This document shows positions 26,292 to 39,302 of a stretch of DNA of 64,000 bases, piece by piece. Source of the stretch: Hydrolagus colliei (taxonomy: Eukaryota); assembly GCA_035084275.1 (NCBI GenBank), contig CM068745.1, forward strand, positions 35,092,001 to 35,156,000. Direction: 5' to 3'. Within the stretch, counting starts at the first letter, position 1, and every line of letters begins with the position of its first letter. The notes under the pieces were generated by a model. The model saw nothing but the letters and a program-made list of their open reading frames with translations, had not been told where the DNA came from and searched no databases. The position numbers and the translations under genes are program-made.

Positions 26292-28418
26292 GTGAGTACA
26301 TTACTTTATTCTTCTCTAGTTTACTGTCACTCTTTCCTTCAGAACGCAGTGCCTGGATGTGGTTTGAATGGTGGAGGTAGGCCTCAGAGTATCTATTCCA
26401 GCGTGAGTTTGACCATGAGAGGTATCACAGCCAAGCCTAAACCTTCCTTCACTTCCTTGATTTGCTAACCTCCCGCTGAACATTTAAAACTGTTTGCTCG
26501 GTGGAACAGTAGGGCTGTATGGGGGTGACAGTTTTAAGAAGACATTATACAACAGCAGCAACATCTTGCATTCATATAGTAGCCTTCACCCAGGAGAGTG
26601 AGAGAGCATTCTTCAGTGATGGGGTTGTTTCTAGAAAACAACGGAAAAGTGGGAGGAGAAGGAGGTGACCATAGGCCTAGTTGAAGAGGTAGACTTAAGG
26701 TTGGGATTTCAAGATGGATAAAGAGGGGGTGAGCTGCGAGATTAAAACAGGGAGTTCCAGAGGTTCGGCACATGGTGATTGAAGACCTGGCCATTGATAG
26801 TGGCACAGGGAGGTCAGGGACTCCCGGCAGGCTTGTGGTAATTGTGGAGTGAGGTATGAGCTGGTCAGAGAAGGAGGGAAATATGTCTAGGATTGTTGGG
26901 GATATGACAATGTAAGCAATAGAGGCCTATAGTATTACAAAAATGGGACCAGGTGACATGTAATGGTCTTTTCCAATCATTTAGGTTCCTATGCTCCCTC
27001 TTGACAGTCGATCACTTCACTAGAGAATACAAGCCTATGTAAAGGACGCTATGTAAACACAAGCTGTTATTTGTTGTTGTTGCTGACGGATGCTGAGGTA
27101 TGGTTCCATCAGCACCAGGTCTCATTTTACCAGGGGCACAAGTGTATTGACACATTCATCTAAGCACACAGTCAGCTTTGCTTGAACGCAGGTTGATCCA
27201 CACATACAAGCCTACAAATTCATGCACACAGTGCACATAGATATCCATATCCTCATGCTCAGGATTATGTATATTCACAAGATCACACTCAAATATTTAC
27301 AAACACACACCGACAAACTTACTAAGAAGTCAGGCTCACAAACACACACACACACAAGTGCCTGATGTCAAAGCATCTCAAAATACTTTAAAGTAACATA
27401 CTGAAACTTTAAACAGAAATGGCAGCAATTTTACTTACACTGTAGTAAGGTTCCAGAAACAGTCATGAGGTGAATGACAATTAATATGCAGTATTGTCTA
27501 TCAGCATAATAATGATAACAACAATACTAATAATAAAGAATGAAAGAAGAAACTCTCTTTGTGTTTCTAATGGTGCCTGCGATTGTTAACATCCACCTTT
27601 AAAACAGCGAATACAAATCTGGACAGGGAAAGGCTCCTATGTAAGTGTGGGCCCTATTTGTACTGTTCCTGAACTTGTATGGCTTTGAAATCTACTAGAT
27701 TGTCAGCAGATCAGTGTTCCATATTTTATTTCAAAGTGAGTGAATGGCCTCAGAAGTCAAATAAGCCTAAGGCAGCTGGTTCTGTAATTCCATTGGAGCA
27801 GAACAAAATTCTGTAGTGTAGTAAGCTGCTATAACATCTGGAGAAAGGTTCAACAAGTGCTCACATCAGCTGTCGTGAGTTACATCTGGTACATCTAGTA
27901 AATGCAGATAGACAGATTTAAACAGTGCTGATCATCAAATTACTGATTTAAATTAGCAATACATGCAACAGTCTACAATATTGAGATGTTTGATGCTTTG
28001 AGAAGATTTTAGTTAAGAAATGTGCCACCAAAATGTTAATTTTAATGTTGTACTCTAAAAGGAACACTCAACCCATGTTAGAAAGTATATATTAGTTCAA
28101 GTCCCAGGCCAAAGATTTGGAGCTCATGGTCTAAAATGGCACTCCACTGCTGTGAAAGTACTGCACCGTCAAAGCTGCCATCCTTTAGATGAGATGTTAA
28201 ACCAAGCCCTTTTGTGCCTGTTCAAGTGGTCATCAAAGAACCACTAATCAAGTCACGTTTCGAAATGAGAAGGAAATATCTCCTGGAATATCTTCCTTCT
28301 GTGAAATGCTTTGGTTAAAACAATGCTTTATTATCATTAAAGTTGCTGAACTCTGTCTTAAGCCATATCTCTCACCTTCCATGTCTGTGAGCGTTTAAGT
28401 CATTTACTTCATCTGTAG

Positions 28419-28501
28419 GAGGCGGTGTCGGCTCAGTCAGAGGAGGAGCAGATTCTCAGAGTCCACAACGTCATCAAAGAACTGCCTTCTCCGCATTACA
28501 G
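28419..28501 (+). CDS. ARHGAP31: ARHGAP31 exon 4
   Basis: ctgtag acceptor. Encodes EAVSAQSEEEQILRVHNVIKELPSPHYR. Donor gtaata; phase consistent. Confidence 0.95.
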
Positions 28502-29683
28502 GTAATAGAAGCCAGAGAAAGTAGCTAGAAATTCCACTCATGCTTGGCCTTTTCTCCTAAAACTTGAGGTTGTGCATAATGTGGATATTTCTCCATTTCA
28601 GTCGTAGTTTGGAAGCCAGTTTTAAACAGTTTGTAAAATGAACCATTTTTCAGATTAAGACTGTATTTCAGAATTTTCCACTATTTTGCCCAATCTTAAA
28701 TTTTAATGGTCACTAAATTAAGTCGAGGCAGAATTTTATATACATAATAACCTAAGAGATTTCCTTTCCTCCCATTTTCTAGTCTTCAATGATGCTGACA
28801 AGTTTACAGAGTCTCTTGGGTCAATCAGTCTTGAATGAATTTTGAATGAAAAGTGGTACCACCATTAGCTAAATTAGCTCACCTCCCAACATGAAATGCT
28901 GTTATTCAATTTGTTGTTATTTGTTGTTGAATGTTTTAGGCTTCTATACAGTGTGAAATCCTGAAAAAGCATTATTATTACACCCAATAAAGCATAATTG
29001 AAATATTAACCCCACTTTACTAAAAATAATATATTTTTAAAGAAAATATATTTTCAATTGTTTACCCTGCCTGTGCCCTCTTTTTTGTTTTAGTTTATCT
29101 TCCTTGCCTATTCTTTTCTTCTACAATTTTTTTCATCTTAACTGTTTTTTGCTCCTGATATTTATTATAAATATTATACCATACTACAGTACTACAGTTT
29201 ACCTCCTTTCTCTGTCCATCACATACGGAAGGTGGAAGGTAATGGTAAAGTGTTTTTACCATTGGCTGATGATGTTTTTACAGGCCACTTTTTGCAGCCA
29301 ATTAACAGGCTAAAAGGTAGAAAATTGATAGAGCTGCATCCCAGATGTGGCAATGTTACATTCCTGATAGCATTTTCATTTCTAAACTAGGGCATGAGAG
29401 ATAATGAATAAATCTCTCATACCCAGACAAAGTGAAATTGTCATCAGGAGTCTCTCCTAAAGTCCCTCCTCCCTCTGTCTCTACTTTCAAAACTCATCTA
29501 AAAAATGTTTATTTGGTCTACCAGCACCTTGGGATGTCCTCCTGATGTGAAAGGCTCTATACAAGTGTAACTTTGTTGTTGTGTTCCCTTGTCACCTCTG
29601 CATAGTGTTTTGTGTTTTTCGTGAATGGTGCGTAAATGCAAATTGTAGTCATTAAAACAAATCTGAACTTCTTCCCCTTGCAG

Positions 29684-29791
29684 GACTTTGGAATACCTGA
29701 CAAAACATTTGACACACATTGCTTCCTACAGCTGTGAGACAAATATGCACTCCAGGAATCTGGCACTCGTCTGGGCTCCCAATCTACTGAG
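29684..29791 (+). CDS. ARHGAP31: ARHGAP31 exon 5
   Basis: ttgcag acceptor. Encodes TLEYLTKHLTHIASYSCETNMHSRNLALVWAPNLLR, the RhoGAP NxM...NLA.VW.PNL motif. Donor gtagac. Confidence 0.96.
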
Positions 29792-30559
29792 GTAGACTTT
29801 GGTACCTTTGAATTCTAAACCTAAATTGTTTGTGAAAAAATGCAAGAGAATTATATGTGTGGAGATGGGAGCACGGCAAGATAGATTATTTGGTGGTGTA
29901 ATTTTTTTTCTTTGTATTTCTTAAAGAGATGGAGACTCAACATGGATTCCTCATTACGAATTACTATAAATTAGACCCCTAACAATGTTTAAGCAATAAA
30001 AAAAACATAGAAATGTAGATTATATTAATGAAATAATTTGCTATTGTTCTATGTATTGCCCTCACAATGTATGTATAACTTGATGCCTTCCTTTCATTAA
30101 TCTCTGTGGATGTTTGCGTTGGGTTGCAGTTCATGCTTTTTACAGCATTGCTTCTCTGAAATTGACCCCTGATCTCTTAAGAGCATTAGGTCAACATTCT
30201 TGCCATTCCAGGAGCTAGGAATGGAATGTTCTGTTATCTTCCACAGTAGAAACTCAGGTTTAGTTTGAGTCCAATCTGAAAATTAAATCTTAATCCCATC
30301 ACCTGCAAGTATCTACCTTTTTCAGTAAATGAAAAAGAGGCCCCTTCTTCTTGCTGTCCACTTACTATAACAATGGAGAGAGGTCCACATTCAAAAATCC
30401 TTTTGTTTCAGATGAGATGTTAAACTAAGGTCCTGTCTACCTGTTTTGGTGACGTTAACAATCCAAGGGCATTGCTTAAAATGAGAAAGAAGTTTCCATA
30501 ATCTTTTGGAAAAATTGGAAATTCACTTCAATTCACTTCATTGAAATTCACTTTCAATT

Positions 30560-30905
30560 CACTCCTTACCTGCCCACCCACTCAGTTCAGCGGGCTCCGG
30601 TCTGCTCCATGTCTCCCGCCCAACCCGCCCTACCATCGGTGGCCGGGCTTTCAGCCTCTCTGCCCCCACACTCTGGAACTCCATCCCACAGTCCATTCAC
30701 CTCACTTCCTCCCTTGCCTCCTTCAAGGCCAGTCTCAAGACCCTCCTTTTCAATTTTACGTTCTGCTACCCTTCCACCCCTCTCCTCCTCCCCATCCCCA
30801 CCTTGCCCCTCCCTTATACTCGGGTCCCTACCAAGGTTCAGCACCTTGGTATGTCCCTCCAACGTGAAAGGCGCTCTATAAATGCAATTTTGTTATTGTT
30901 GTTGT
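30560..30905 (+). mobile_element. L2 3'-end fragment with (TTG)n tail
   Basis: ccctaccatcggtggccgggctttcagcctctctgcccccacactctggaactcc is near-identical to the 16770 region. Confidence 0.85.
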
Positions 30906-30907
30906 TT

Positions 30908-31230
30908 AGAATCATATAATCTTACAGCACAGAATTATTCTATGAGGATATGTTTTGCGGGGTTATGGAGAGGGAGCCAGCACAGACTTGATGGGCTGAA
31001 TGGCCTCCTTTTGAGCTGTAAAATTCTATGATTCTAGCAGGAGGCCATTTGGTCCATCACATTTCCCCTGCTTTCTCCACATAGCCCTGCAAACCTATCT
31101 TCCCCAAATAACTATCTACAGTACTTCTCTCTTAAAAGTTGTTATTGAATTGACTTCCACCACCTTTTCATACAATGCATTCCAGATTCAAACAATTTGC
31201 TGCATGAAAATAGTTTTTTCATTTTCTCAT
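30908..31230. mobile_element. Nested CR1 tails in opposite orientations
   Basis: Minus tail (tagaatcatataatcttacagcacag ... gcaggaggccatttggtcc) is interrupted by a plus tail (gatgggctgaatggcctcct...attctatgattcta). Confidence 0.65.
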
Positions 31231-31638
31231 GTTTCTTTCAACATATCATGTGTGAAACTTAGCTGCAGTTTTTGCCCAGAGTTACTAACTAGCAATGATT
31301 TGTGAGGCCCTTTGAGGTGTTTCAACATTATCAATGCAATACAGCCAATGCAAGAATTATCATTATTAAACCCACTCAAAATAACATGTACAAGGGATTG
31401 AAGGAAGCAGACTGTTTCACTTTTCCCATGAAGAAAACACTGAACTAGTTTGTGAGACCATTACGATTCCCTATAAATTAAATGGTATCACTTCTAGGAT
31501 CCAAACTCTTCTCAACACCATTGTTTGCCCAAATGATTTGTGTCCCATTCATTTCTTTATCTCATTTTAGAATATGCATTAAAACCTGAACTAATTAATG
31601 GACATCAATGCAATTCATGCTATATTCTGTGTTTGTAG

Positions 31639-31784
31639 ATCAAAGGAAATAGAAGGTTCTGGCTACAATAATGATGCTGCGTTTCTGGAGGTGCGAATTC
31701 AGTCTGTTGTCATTGAGTTCATCCTGAATCACGTCAATCAGCTGTTCAACAACAGTACAAAGCAGCCTGGCCAAGAGAATGAAG
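31639..31784 (+). CDS. ARHGAP31: ARHGAP31 exon 6
   Basis: ttgtag acceptor. Encodes SKEIEGSGYNNDAAFLEVRIQSVVIEFILNHVNQLFNNSTKQPGQENE. Donor gtgaga. Confidence 0.95.
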
Positions 31785-31987
31785 GTGAGACTTAAACAGT
31801 AATAACTGGGACTTCAGATTTATGTCAGTGTTTTTCATTTATATGAATTTGGCAAATTCTTAAAACGATCTTAATTTTGAAGACAGTTTTTCTAGTTCTT
31901 AAAACCAAATATTTTAAAATCTTTCCTACTCCTGCATGAAACCTTGAGTAAGTTTTATTACTCCACACACCTCTGTTTACCTAGCAG

Positions 31988-32333
31988 TTGGGTCCGGCGA
32001 TATATCGATATATATCGATATAATTTTCAAATCGATATGCCAATATCGGAATTAAAAATATGTCGATATATTGAAAAATTCGATGTGTACATTAAAAAAT
32101 ATATATATTGCAAATATCAGTATATCGTGTCTGGCGATATATCGATATATTGGTATATATCGGTATAATGCGGACTTTTTCAACTTACCTTGTTGATATC
32201 CGAATGCGCGCGCACACCGGAATGCGCGCGCATGCACGGGACAAAAAACCCCGCGATATCGATATATCAGTATATATCGATATGGGCAAACCAATATATC
32301 GATATCGGAAAATTTCAATATCGACGGACCCTA
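31988..32333 (+). mobile_element. hAT-type MITE rich in ATATCGATAT palindromes
   Basis: TIRs t(t/a)gggtccg(g/t)cgatat and a perfect 8-bp TSD CCTAGCAG (31980-31987 / 32334-32341). Inserted into a SINE. Confidence 0.88.
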
Positions 32334-32689
32334 CCTAGCAGTAAATAAGAGTCTGGTTGTTAGTCAATCGCATATTGTTTTTCCAGGGGAAAAATCCTTT
32401 CAAAAGAAAAAATAATTTGGTCGCTTAATCCACAACCGTTTATGGGACACTATTGTGCACAATTGATTGCCGCGTTTTGCCCATAAAACATACAGTCAAT
32501 TCACTTTTCGGTATATTCTGGGAAGCACTTTCAGACGTCTAGAAGACATGAAAAGCACTACATCAAATGCAAGGATTATTATTATATTCTGTGAAGCCCT
32601 TTGAGATGTCTAGAAGAAGGGATAAGGCGCTATATCAAACACAAAAATTATTATATTAAATAATGCTAGTACATAAACATGGCTCAAAT

Positions 32690-33170
32690 GCCTTGGATTA
32701 CAATTTCTTAGATTTGCACTTAGCGGGGAAATTGTCAAACCATTTTTGTATAAGTATAGGAAGACGCCTAAGGCATGGAATCGAAACACCTCCATCCTGT
32801 GCAGCAGCATGGAAATAACTGGTGGGTGTGTCTCTTGGAAGCTTTGGCCACCTATGCACAGCTGCATGTGTTTGCAGATCCATTTTTTTGAGACGTTTTA
32901 TGGTCCAACACCCCAAAACTAATCGGTACTGTAATCTAGGGATAAGATGATTAATAAAAATATAAATTTGTTGCTGCCATTTCAGTGGGGCACGTGAGAG
33001 ACTCTGGATCACATCCTCTAGAATCGACCCTATGGGCTCCACTTTCCATATGTCCAAAATGCATACCAATATATTTAAAATTACTTATTGCAGTTAGGGT
33101 ATTGAATGGTCAATTGTTCATTGTAAATGTTTGTGTTTCATTGACAAGATAGCATTAGTGCATCCTGTAG
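32690..33170 (-). mobile_element. R2-clade (restriction-like endonuclease) non-LTR retrotransposon relic
   Basis: Reverse strand: FKYIG (RT domain 7), then LSRAPLKWQQQIYIFINHLIPRLQYRLVLG...MD...VHRW.KLPRDTPTSYFHAAAQDGGVSIP, the R2-type thumb signature (aPLKpqQ...lIPrl...wL.LP...ffh....GGlGi). Confidence 0.8.
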
Positions 33171-33410
33171 ATGACTAATCAATCAATCAATCAAAACTTA
33201 CATTTATATAGTGCCTTTCACGTCGAGAGGACATTGTACTGTTAGGTAGGGACAAGACCAGGGGGGAAGCGGTCAGGGCAGGAAGAAGAAGAGGAGGAAA
33301 ATTGACTGTATATTTGTGGACGAAACAGGGAGTCACATCCTAACATTGCTCCTTGAATAAGCAATGGGATGTGTTTAGGAATACCTAATCAATGTGATTT
33401 GTCTCAACAG

Positions 33411-33609
33411 TACACAACCCTATTTCAATATGTAAATCACTTCCTGTTGTATCACCGTCCATGAAGCTCCTAACGCTAGAGGAGGCCCAAGCCAGGACTC
33501 TAGGCCCAGACCATCCGGCTCGACTTGAAAAGTTGCACTGTGCTCCCATGGACACTGGGCCTGCGGCTGGAACAATTTATCACACAGTCATTGATCTGCC
33601 AGATCCCAG
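33411..33609 (+). CDS. ARHGAP31: ARHGAP31 exon 7
   Basis: caacag acceptor. Encodes VHNPISICKSLPVVSPSMKLLTLEEAQARTLGPDHPARLEKLHCAPMDTGPAAGTIYHTVIDLPDPR with the conserved MKL..LEEAQAR motif. Donor gtaaga. Confidence 0.93.
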
Positions 33610-33660
33610 GTAAGATTATATCCCTATTTGCACAGAAAGTTTACTTTGTCAACTCATTAT

Positions 33661-33950
33661 GAAGTTCTGTAGCTCAGTGATTAGAGAACTCTACTTATAA
33701 GCGTGAGACCTGTGTTCGAATCCAGGTAGGTCAGGGCGAAACCTTGGGCAAGGTTCCTTACTCCACATGCCTGATAACAATCCCTAAAAAAAAACAATAA
33801 TACAAACTTGGTAATTTCAATCCAATTGTCTGCCACATTTAGCTCACAAATACGGTCAATTCACTTTACAGTATTTTCTGTGAAGCATTTTGAGATGTCT
33901 AGAAGACGTGAAAAGCGCTGTATCAAAATGCAAGGATTATTATTATTATT
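33661..33950 (+). mobile_element. tRNA-derived SINE
   Basis: tgtagctcagtgattagag...gttcgaatcc...gcaaggattattattattatt. Confidence 0.88.
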
Positions 33951-34223
33951 ACACACAATAAGGTCACACTTGCTGATCATTGACTGAATTTAAGAATATT
34001 TTTCAATTCTTTGCATTCTCTTCCATGTTGTATGATAAAATTGTCCTGCAGGCTAAGATTAGGTGAAATTTTGGACCAGAGAGAGGAAAGCTTCTGTTAC
34101 TCCAGATCCAATTCAAATCCATTTCCGACAGTTTGAAGGATAGTGTTTATTATTATACTCAGCAATGTTTGTTCAATGTCTGTGCTTTAATTGATTTGTA
34201 AGGAATACTATCTTGTTTTCTAG

Positions 34224-34348
34224 AAGAAAACTTTCTGCAAAAGCAAAGAAATGGAAATCCATCTTTAACCTAGGCCGCTCAGGAGCTGATTCTAAGGGCA
34301 AACTGAGCAGGAACAGCAGTGTATTCGTAAGAGGCCGTAAGCTGTCTG
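34224..34348 (+). CDS. ARHGAP31: ARHGAP31 exon 8
   Basis: ttctag acceptor. Encodes RKLSAKAKKWKSIFNLGRSGADSKGKLSRNSSVFVRGRKLS (basic region, KWKSIFNLGRS). Donor gtaaga. Confidence 0.95.
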
Positions 34349-35781
34349 GTAAGAACATTGACATTCAGTAACAGAGACACTCATAATCATACAGGCATCA
34401 ATCTTTCAGGATCAATTTAATTATATATTGTATATCTGTCATTGAATGTGATGAAGATGACCCTGGCGATGTCTATGCCAGGCCAAACTGAAAATGTCAT
34501 GATAAATGCACAATCAATTATATCCAAAACAAAAAATGTAAAGAATAACAACCGAACAAATGCAGCTGTTAACTTTGTGATTGATCAGATGGAGTAGAAT
34601 GTTTTTTTCAAGTTGTGTACACTCCTAAGTTCCTGCAAGGAACTTTCAAGCTATCTGGCAAGCTTTCCTGCTGCTTATCCAGCTAGGACTACCCTACCCA
34701 TTAGAGCTTTGGCTTGCAGGATTAACGGGAGTTGAGTGGGATAACTCCTTGCCCCCAGTGACCAGTCTGTCCCTCCAGGTCCTGCCGATGAGCCAGGCTG
34801 GCTGTGCTGTCCTGTACCATGGATTTCCGCTGACCCACCTGGCTCAGGAACGAGACTACAGAGACAGCCACAGAGGGCTGGCTCCATTCCAATATTCCAT
34901 TTCCAGGCATGTCATTGTGAAGTCAGTTCTGTTCCAAGGAGACCCCGCTTACCTCTCTACAGGCCAATCAACATTCATTCTAGGCCCTGGACATACAAAT
35001 GCATGTTCATGAACTCAGACTCCAGATAATGCCTTCCGGCAACTATTGTCTCGAGCCTCAGTGTTTCTCATCAGCTATCCGCAAGGTATTTGCCTTCAAC
35101 ATGGTAGGGAACTTTCAGGTTGATCAAAACAAAGCTACACCCACTTGGAACTGAACTGGCTCTGCAAGTGTAGGCAAGTCCTCAAACCTGTGAACCAAAG
35201 CCCCAAAGAGTATCGCTGGTCGAGATAAGCAATGTGACTCACAGTCAATATTTCATTCCTGGTCTTACCAGTCATCTTTTGAGTATCAAGCATCTACTTG
35301 GGGAAACTATTGATTGGTCTATTATGGTTTGATATTGTGGCTAACATGTCACAGTTCTGTGTAAAATTGAATTGCATCACACTGACCATAACTTACTGTA
35401 TTTGCTCCGTGTAACTTGTTGTTGTAAACTAATGATGTCTCACAGGAGTATAACACACTTCTGTTCTCATTCAGCGTGTTAGAGAGACTCCACAAAACAG
35501 CAAATCCAGGAGATTTCTCTCAACCAAAATTAATGAACAACAAGAACTTTTAAAATCCTATACATTATATTTCCCGAAATAACAAATAGCAGTAAATGAA
35601 TTAAATGTTACAGCCTAATAATGGGGTCAGATGGTGTTCGCAAACTTGTTGGCTTTCATCTCGGTGCATGTCATTGAAACCCTTTGATTAGTTTGCAGTT
35701 CTGTATTTTTTTCTCTCCGGTGTCTGGTTTTCTGTGTGTACTTTTCACTCACAAGTGTTTCCTTTCTTTATGTTCAAACAG

Positions 35782-35841
35782 AAAAGGCCAGCATCCGACC
35801 AGCTAAAAGCATGGATTCCCTTTGTTCTTTGCCTGCGGAAG
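35782..35841 (+). CDS. ARHGAP31: ARHGAP31 exon 9
   Basis: aaacag acceptor. Encodes EKASIRPAKSMDSLCSLPAE (conserved RPAKSMDSL). Donor gtaaga. Confidence 0.94.
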
Positions 35842-37403
35842 GTAAGATACATTGTATCTTGCACAAGTTTACCTTCTGTTGTTGAGTGACTTTTCAGAAG
35901 TTGATGTAAGGGGAAGCAGAGGGTGTCCTGGGTTAAATTCAGCAATACTGTCTGTGCCATTGCACAGCCACATTCAGAACACCGCACTGAAGACTCAAAC
36001 TTCACTCGGAGAACATTCCAAACCACATTACTTCATTCACCTCTCATAGCTACCACTGGGTAATTACTGATGATGAAGCTCATTACAGAAAGAGGCATCA
36101 CCCTTTGAGTAGTCACCTCCAACAAAATAACATTGTTTGGTTTTGTTCCACTCGCTTCTGCATATTTTAGTTTAAGTTGGATGATATTATTGGCATGTCA
36201 CTGTTCATGAGCCTGAAAGTGCGAGGAGATTGAATTAACAATGGCAATGACATAGTCATTAAGATTATAGAGTTTTGGTGTCTGCTCTGTACGTAAACCC
36301 AGCTCTGCTTTTAAGTTCATCAGCTAAACCAGCACCTCCCATGATGTCATTGACCCTTGCAGTTTGATCACTGTTGAATAATAATATTTTCAAAATGGTT
36401 AACTACAATAAACAAGTCAAGACAAGAGGGTGATAGGCTCTCCAGTGCTTAGTGGGGAAATACATTCGGTCTTCCATTGAGTCATACAGACCAGGAGATT
36501 GAAGATTCAGTTCCGGGACACTGGTTGGTGAGCTAATCTGAATTGAGGCGGGATAAGGCACTAAAAGTGATCACTGAAGGTGATAATTTTCATTCTTTGT
36601 TATCCTCAATTCTGTAAAGAAAAATGGCAATTTTCACCCTTCTGGGACAGGTCAGGAACTATTACACTTTCATCAACTTCAATGACATTCAGTGTTCAGG
36701 ATTCTGTTTGGAATAAGAGTAAAAATTAAAATGAGAGCATTCTCAGACAAAATTGGAAGAATGCAAATCCCCTATCTTTTACCCTATTATTTCTGCCTCC
36801 TACAGTCAGACATGCTATTTTGAGAGTAGAGTGAAAGTTTGCATTTTTTGATTTGGTTTTTCATTTGATATATTGCCTTAACATGTTTTTGAGACATCAT
36901 TGAATCTATTGTAAAGTGGTTTGACTGTGTATTTTGTGGGTGAAATGCAGCAACAAAGTTCCACAAACAGCCATGGGAGTGAGTGATTGATTTTATTGGC
37001 GAGGATTTGTTGGCCAGGACACTGGAAAAATTATCTTCTTTTTTCGAACAGTGCTTTGGGATCTTTTAACATCCACCTGAACAGGTGAATGGAACATCAA
37101 TTAAGGATGACACCTCTGATAATGCAACACCCAGCGCTACATTGGAAAATCATCTTAGATAGGGTGACCACAATGTCTCTGATAAGCAGGGTCAGTCCTT
37201 GGATGAGTTATTACATTCCTGGCCAAACTTGCCCAGTCTTGATTTCAGCAACAATAAAAAAAATTTAAATGAATGCAGTCATCAGAGAAATACAGTCAAT
37301 CCATTAATTATTGTTCAAACTGTGTGCTGCAGATTCTGTATAAATCTATATGAAAATCTTGCTCTATTATTCCTCACAATCTTTGAATTTTTTTTCCCTG
37401 TAG

Positions 37404-38033
37404 ACGATAAACACGGAGCCACTTTGGGAGGAGGCCTCTCACCTGCCATGAAATCGCACACACTTGGCTCAGGAGGTTCATTTCATCTCGGCAGGAGGCA
37501 TAGTGACTGGGATCAGGAGGATCTTCTTGGTGCTATTGGCGGTTGTGCCAGTAACACCAGTAAAGAAACAACGGCCAAAGAGATGCTGCCACTCAAGCTA
37601 CAGCCAGAGCCGCTTAAAGTGATTCGTGGAGATGCCCTCAACAAGTCAGAACCCACCTCACCAAAGACTAGACGCTTGTTTTATTCAACAAATCTCAATG
37701 AGGTTTCAATGAAATCCAATTTTCCAGGGAACCTGTTCCCCCTTGAAGCATCCCCAAGACATCACAGGAAACCAATAGCTGTGAATATATCAGAGCCCTA
37801 TTCTGTATCTGTCCCATTGCATATCTCAGGAATTATCAGCCCAGGCAGCACACTGTGTAAGGAACCACAGAAAAGTGGACCAGATTTGAACATTGCAGCT
37901 TTACAGGACAGTAGCTTCACAGTAAACCAACATGAAAGCAACAATCTGTCCCCAGCCAAGCATGAGAAAGTAGCAAAAGAACCTCTCAACCAGCCATTTC
38001 CCAACCCCTTTTCTAGCAGAGCTGAAATGAAAG
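37404..38033 (+). CDS. ARHGAP31: ARHGAP31 exon 10
   Basis: Lies within ORF 37199-38050. ctgtag acceptor. Contains FPLEASPRHHRKPIAVNISEPYSVSVPLHIS, similar to mammalian SPRNQRKALNISEPFAVSVP. Donor gtatgt. Confidence 0.92.
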
Positions 38034-39003
38034 GTATGTACTTTCTATGAAATAAATAACTTGACTGAAAGATGGTACCTCCTACAATGCTACACTCTGC
38101 CAGTAATGTAGTACAATATCAACTTAAGATATAAACCTATGTTCCGACATAAGACTAGAACCCACGGACCTGACCAGAAGCAAGAGTGCTTCGAACTGAG
38201 TCAAATTAATATATCGCTTGTTATTCAATGGGAAACTGATACCTTTCTTATCTAGACAGGCTTTACTGTTATCATGTGGAATGCTGTTAAGATAATAATA
38301 GAGACCTTCTAACCAAGTCTTATGGAACAGTGTTTGTGTGAAATAATACCTCATGCTGATTTTTATTTTAACTTTTCATTCCTGTACTAGCTAAAGTCCA
38401 TCCTGAAACATTATTGTAGAAATGCCAAAAATAAATCCGAGGAGCTGTGCTGAATTAACTGATCTCAGTGGGGTGCTATAATTGGCCTTGGTGCCCCTGA
38501 GCTAAGGAAAAGTCTGTTCCTAATCACTACCCAAATAGCTTTGTTATGTGATGTGCTCACATTGGGTGAGGGCAGGATCATGCTCGGCTTTGATGCCCTC
38601 ACAGGCACATAGCACACTAATGCTTACTGTCTGAGATCACAAAATCAAGAATAGCCACTTGTACGGGACATCAGAAGGCGAATCCTCCCTCCCCACAAAT
38701 ATGGCACGTGTCAGTGCTTTCACCAACATGAAACAAACAGACCAAATGGCCTCCCACTGTGTCATTAATTTCCATGTTCTTATGGGAAGAAGTGAAGAGA
38801 GAGAATTGAAGAGAAGTAAAAGATGTGTCACTTCAGGATCGCATATTGGTTCAAATTGGCCAAAAGATGTTATCTTTTTTATTTCAAGTGTACTGAGAGA
38901 GGATTTCAGTGTAGTATTTCTGGTTTATTCTGAACAATATGGAACATGGGAAGAAGTAACATCTATTTATTAAAATCTATTTGTCAATTTCTTTGCTGAT
39001 TAG

Positions 39004-39302
39004 GTGATCAGACCATAGAGAACCAAGAGTTACTTGAATCCCGGCCGATCGATGTTTCCTCCAAGCCTGCTTCTTTCAACCTGCCAACGCTTTTCCCTAA
39101 TGTCACAATCCAACAATCTGAGCCACTGCAGTTAGTGAGCCCTGCATCTTCAGTCAGCAGCTCAAATCTCCCAGACACAGAAAACCAGGAGGGCCAAGCG
39201 CTGCCAAGCCCACTCACTGAGATTCCCTGTGAGAACTGTAACCATCAGACAGCTTCTGAAGACAGCAATAAAGACCAGCCAGCAACAAAACAGGACCAAG
39301 AG
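39004..39302 (+). CDS. ARHGAP31: ARHGAP31 exon 11 (poorly conserved linker)
   Basis: gattag acceptor. Open frame GDQTIENQELLESRP...KQDQE, donor gtgagt. The 299-nt length converts phase 1 to phase 0, as needed to join exon 12. Confidence 0.82.

Noticed and set aside
37199-37403. N-terminal extension of the 283-aa ORF
   Set aside because: Intronic. The polypyrimidine tract and AG at 37403 define the exon start, and homology begins after it.
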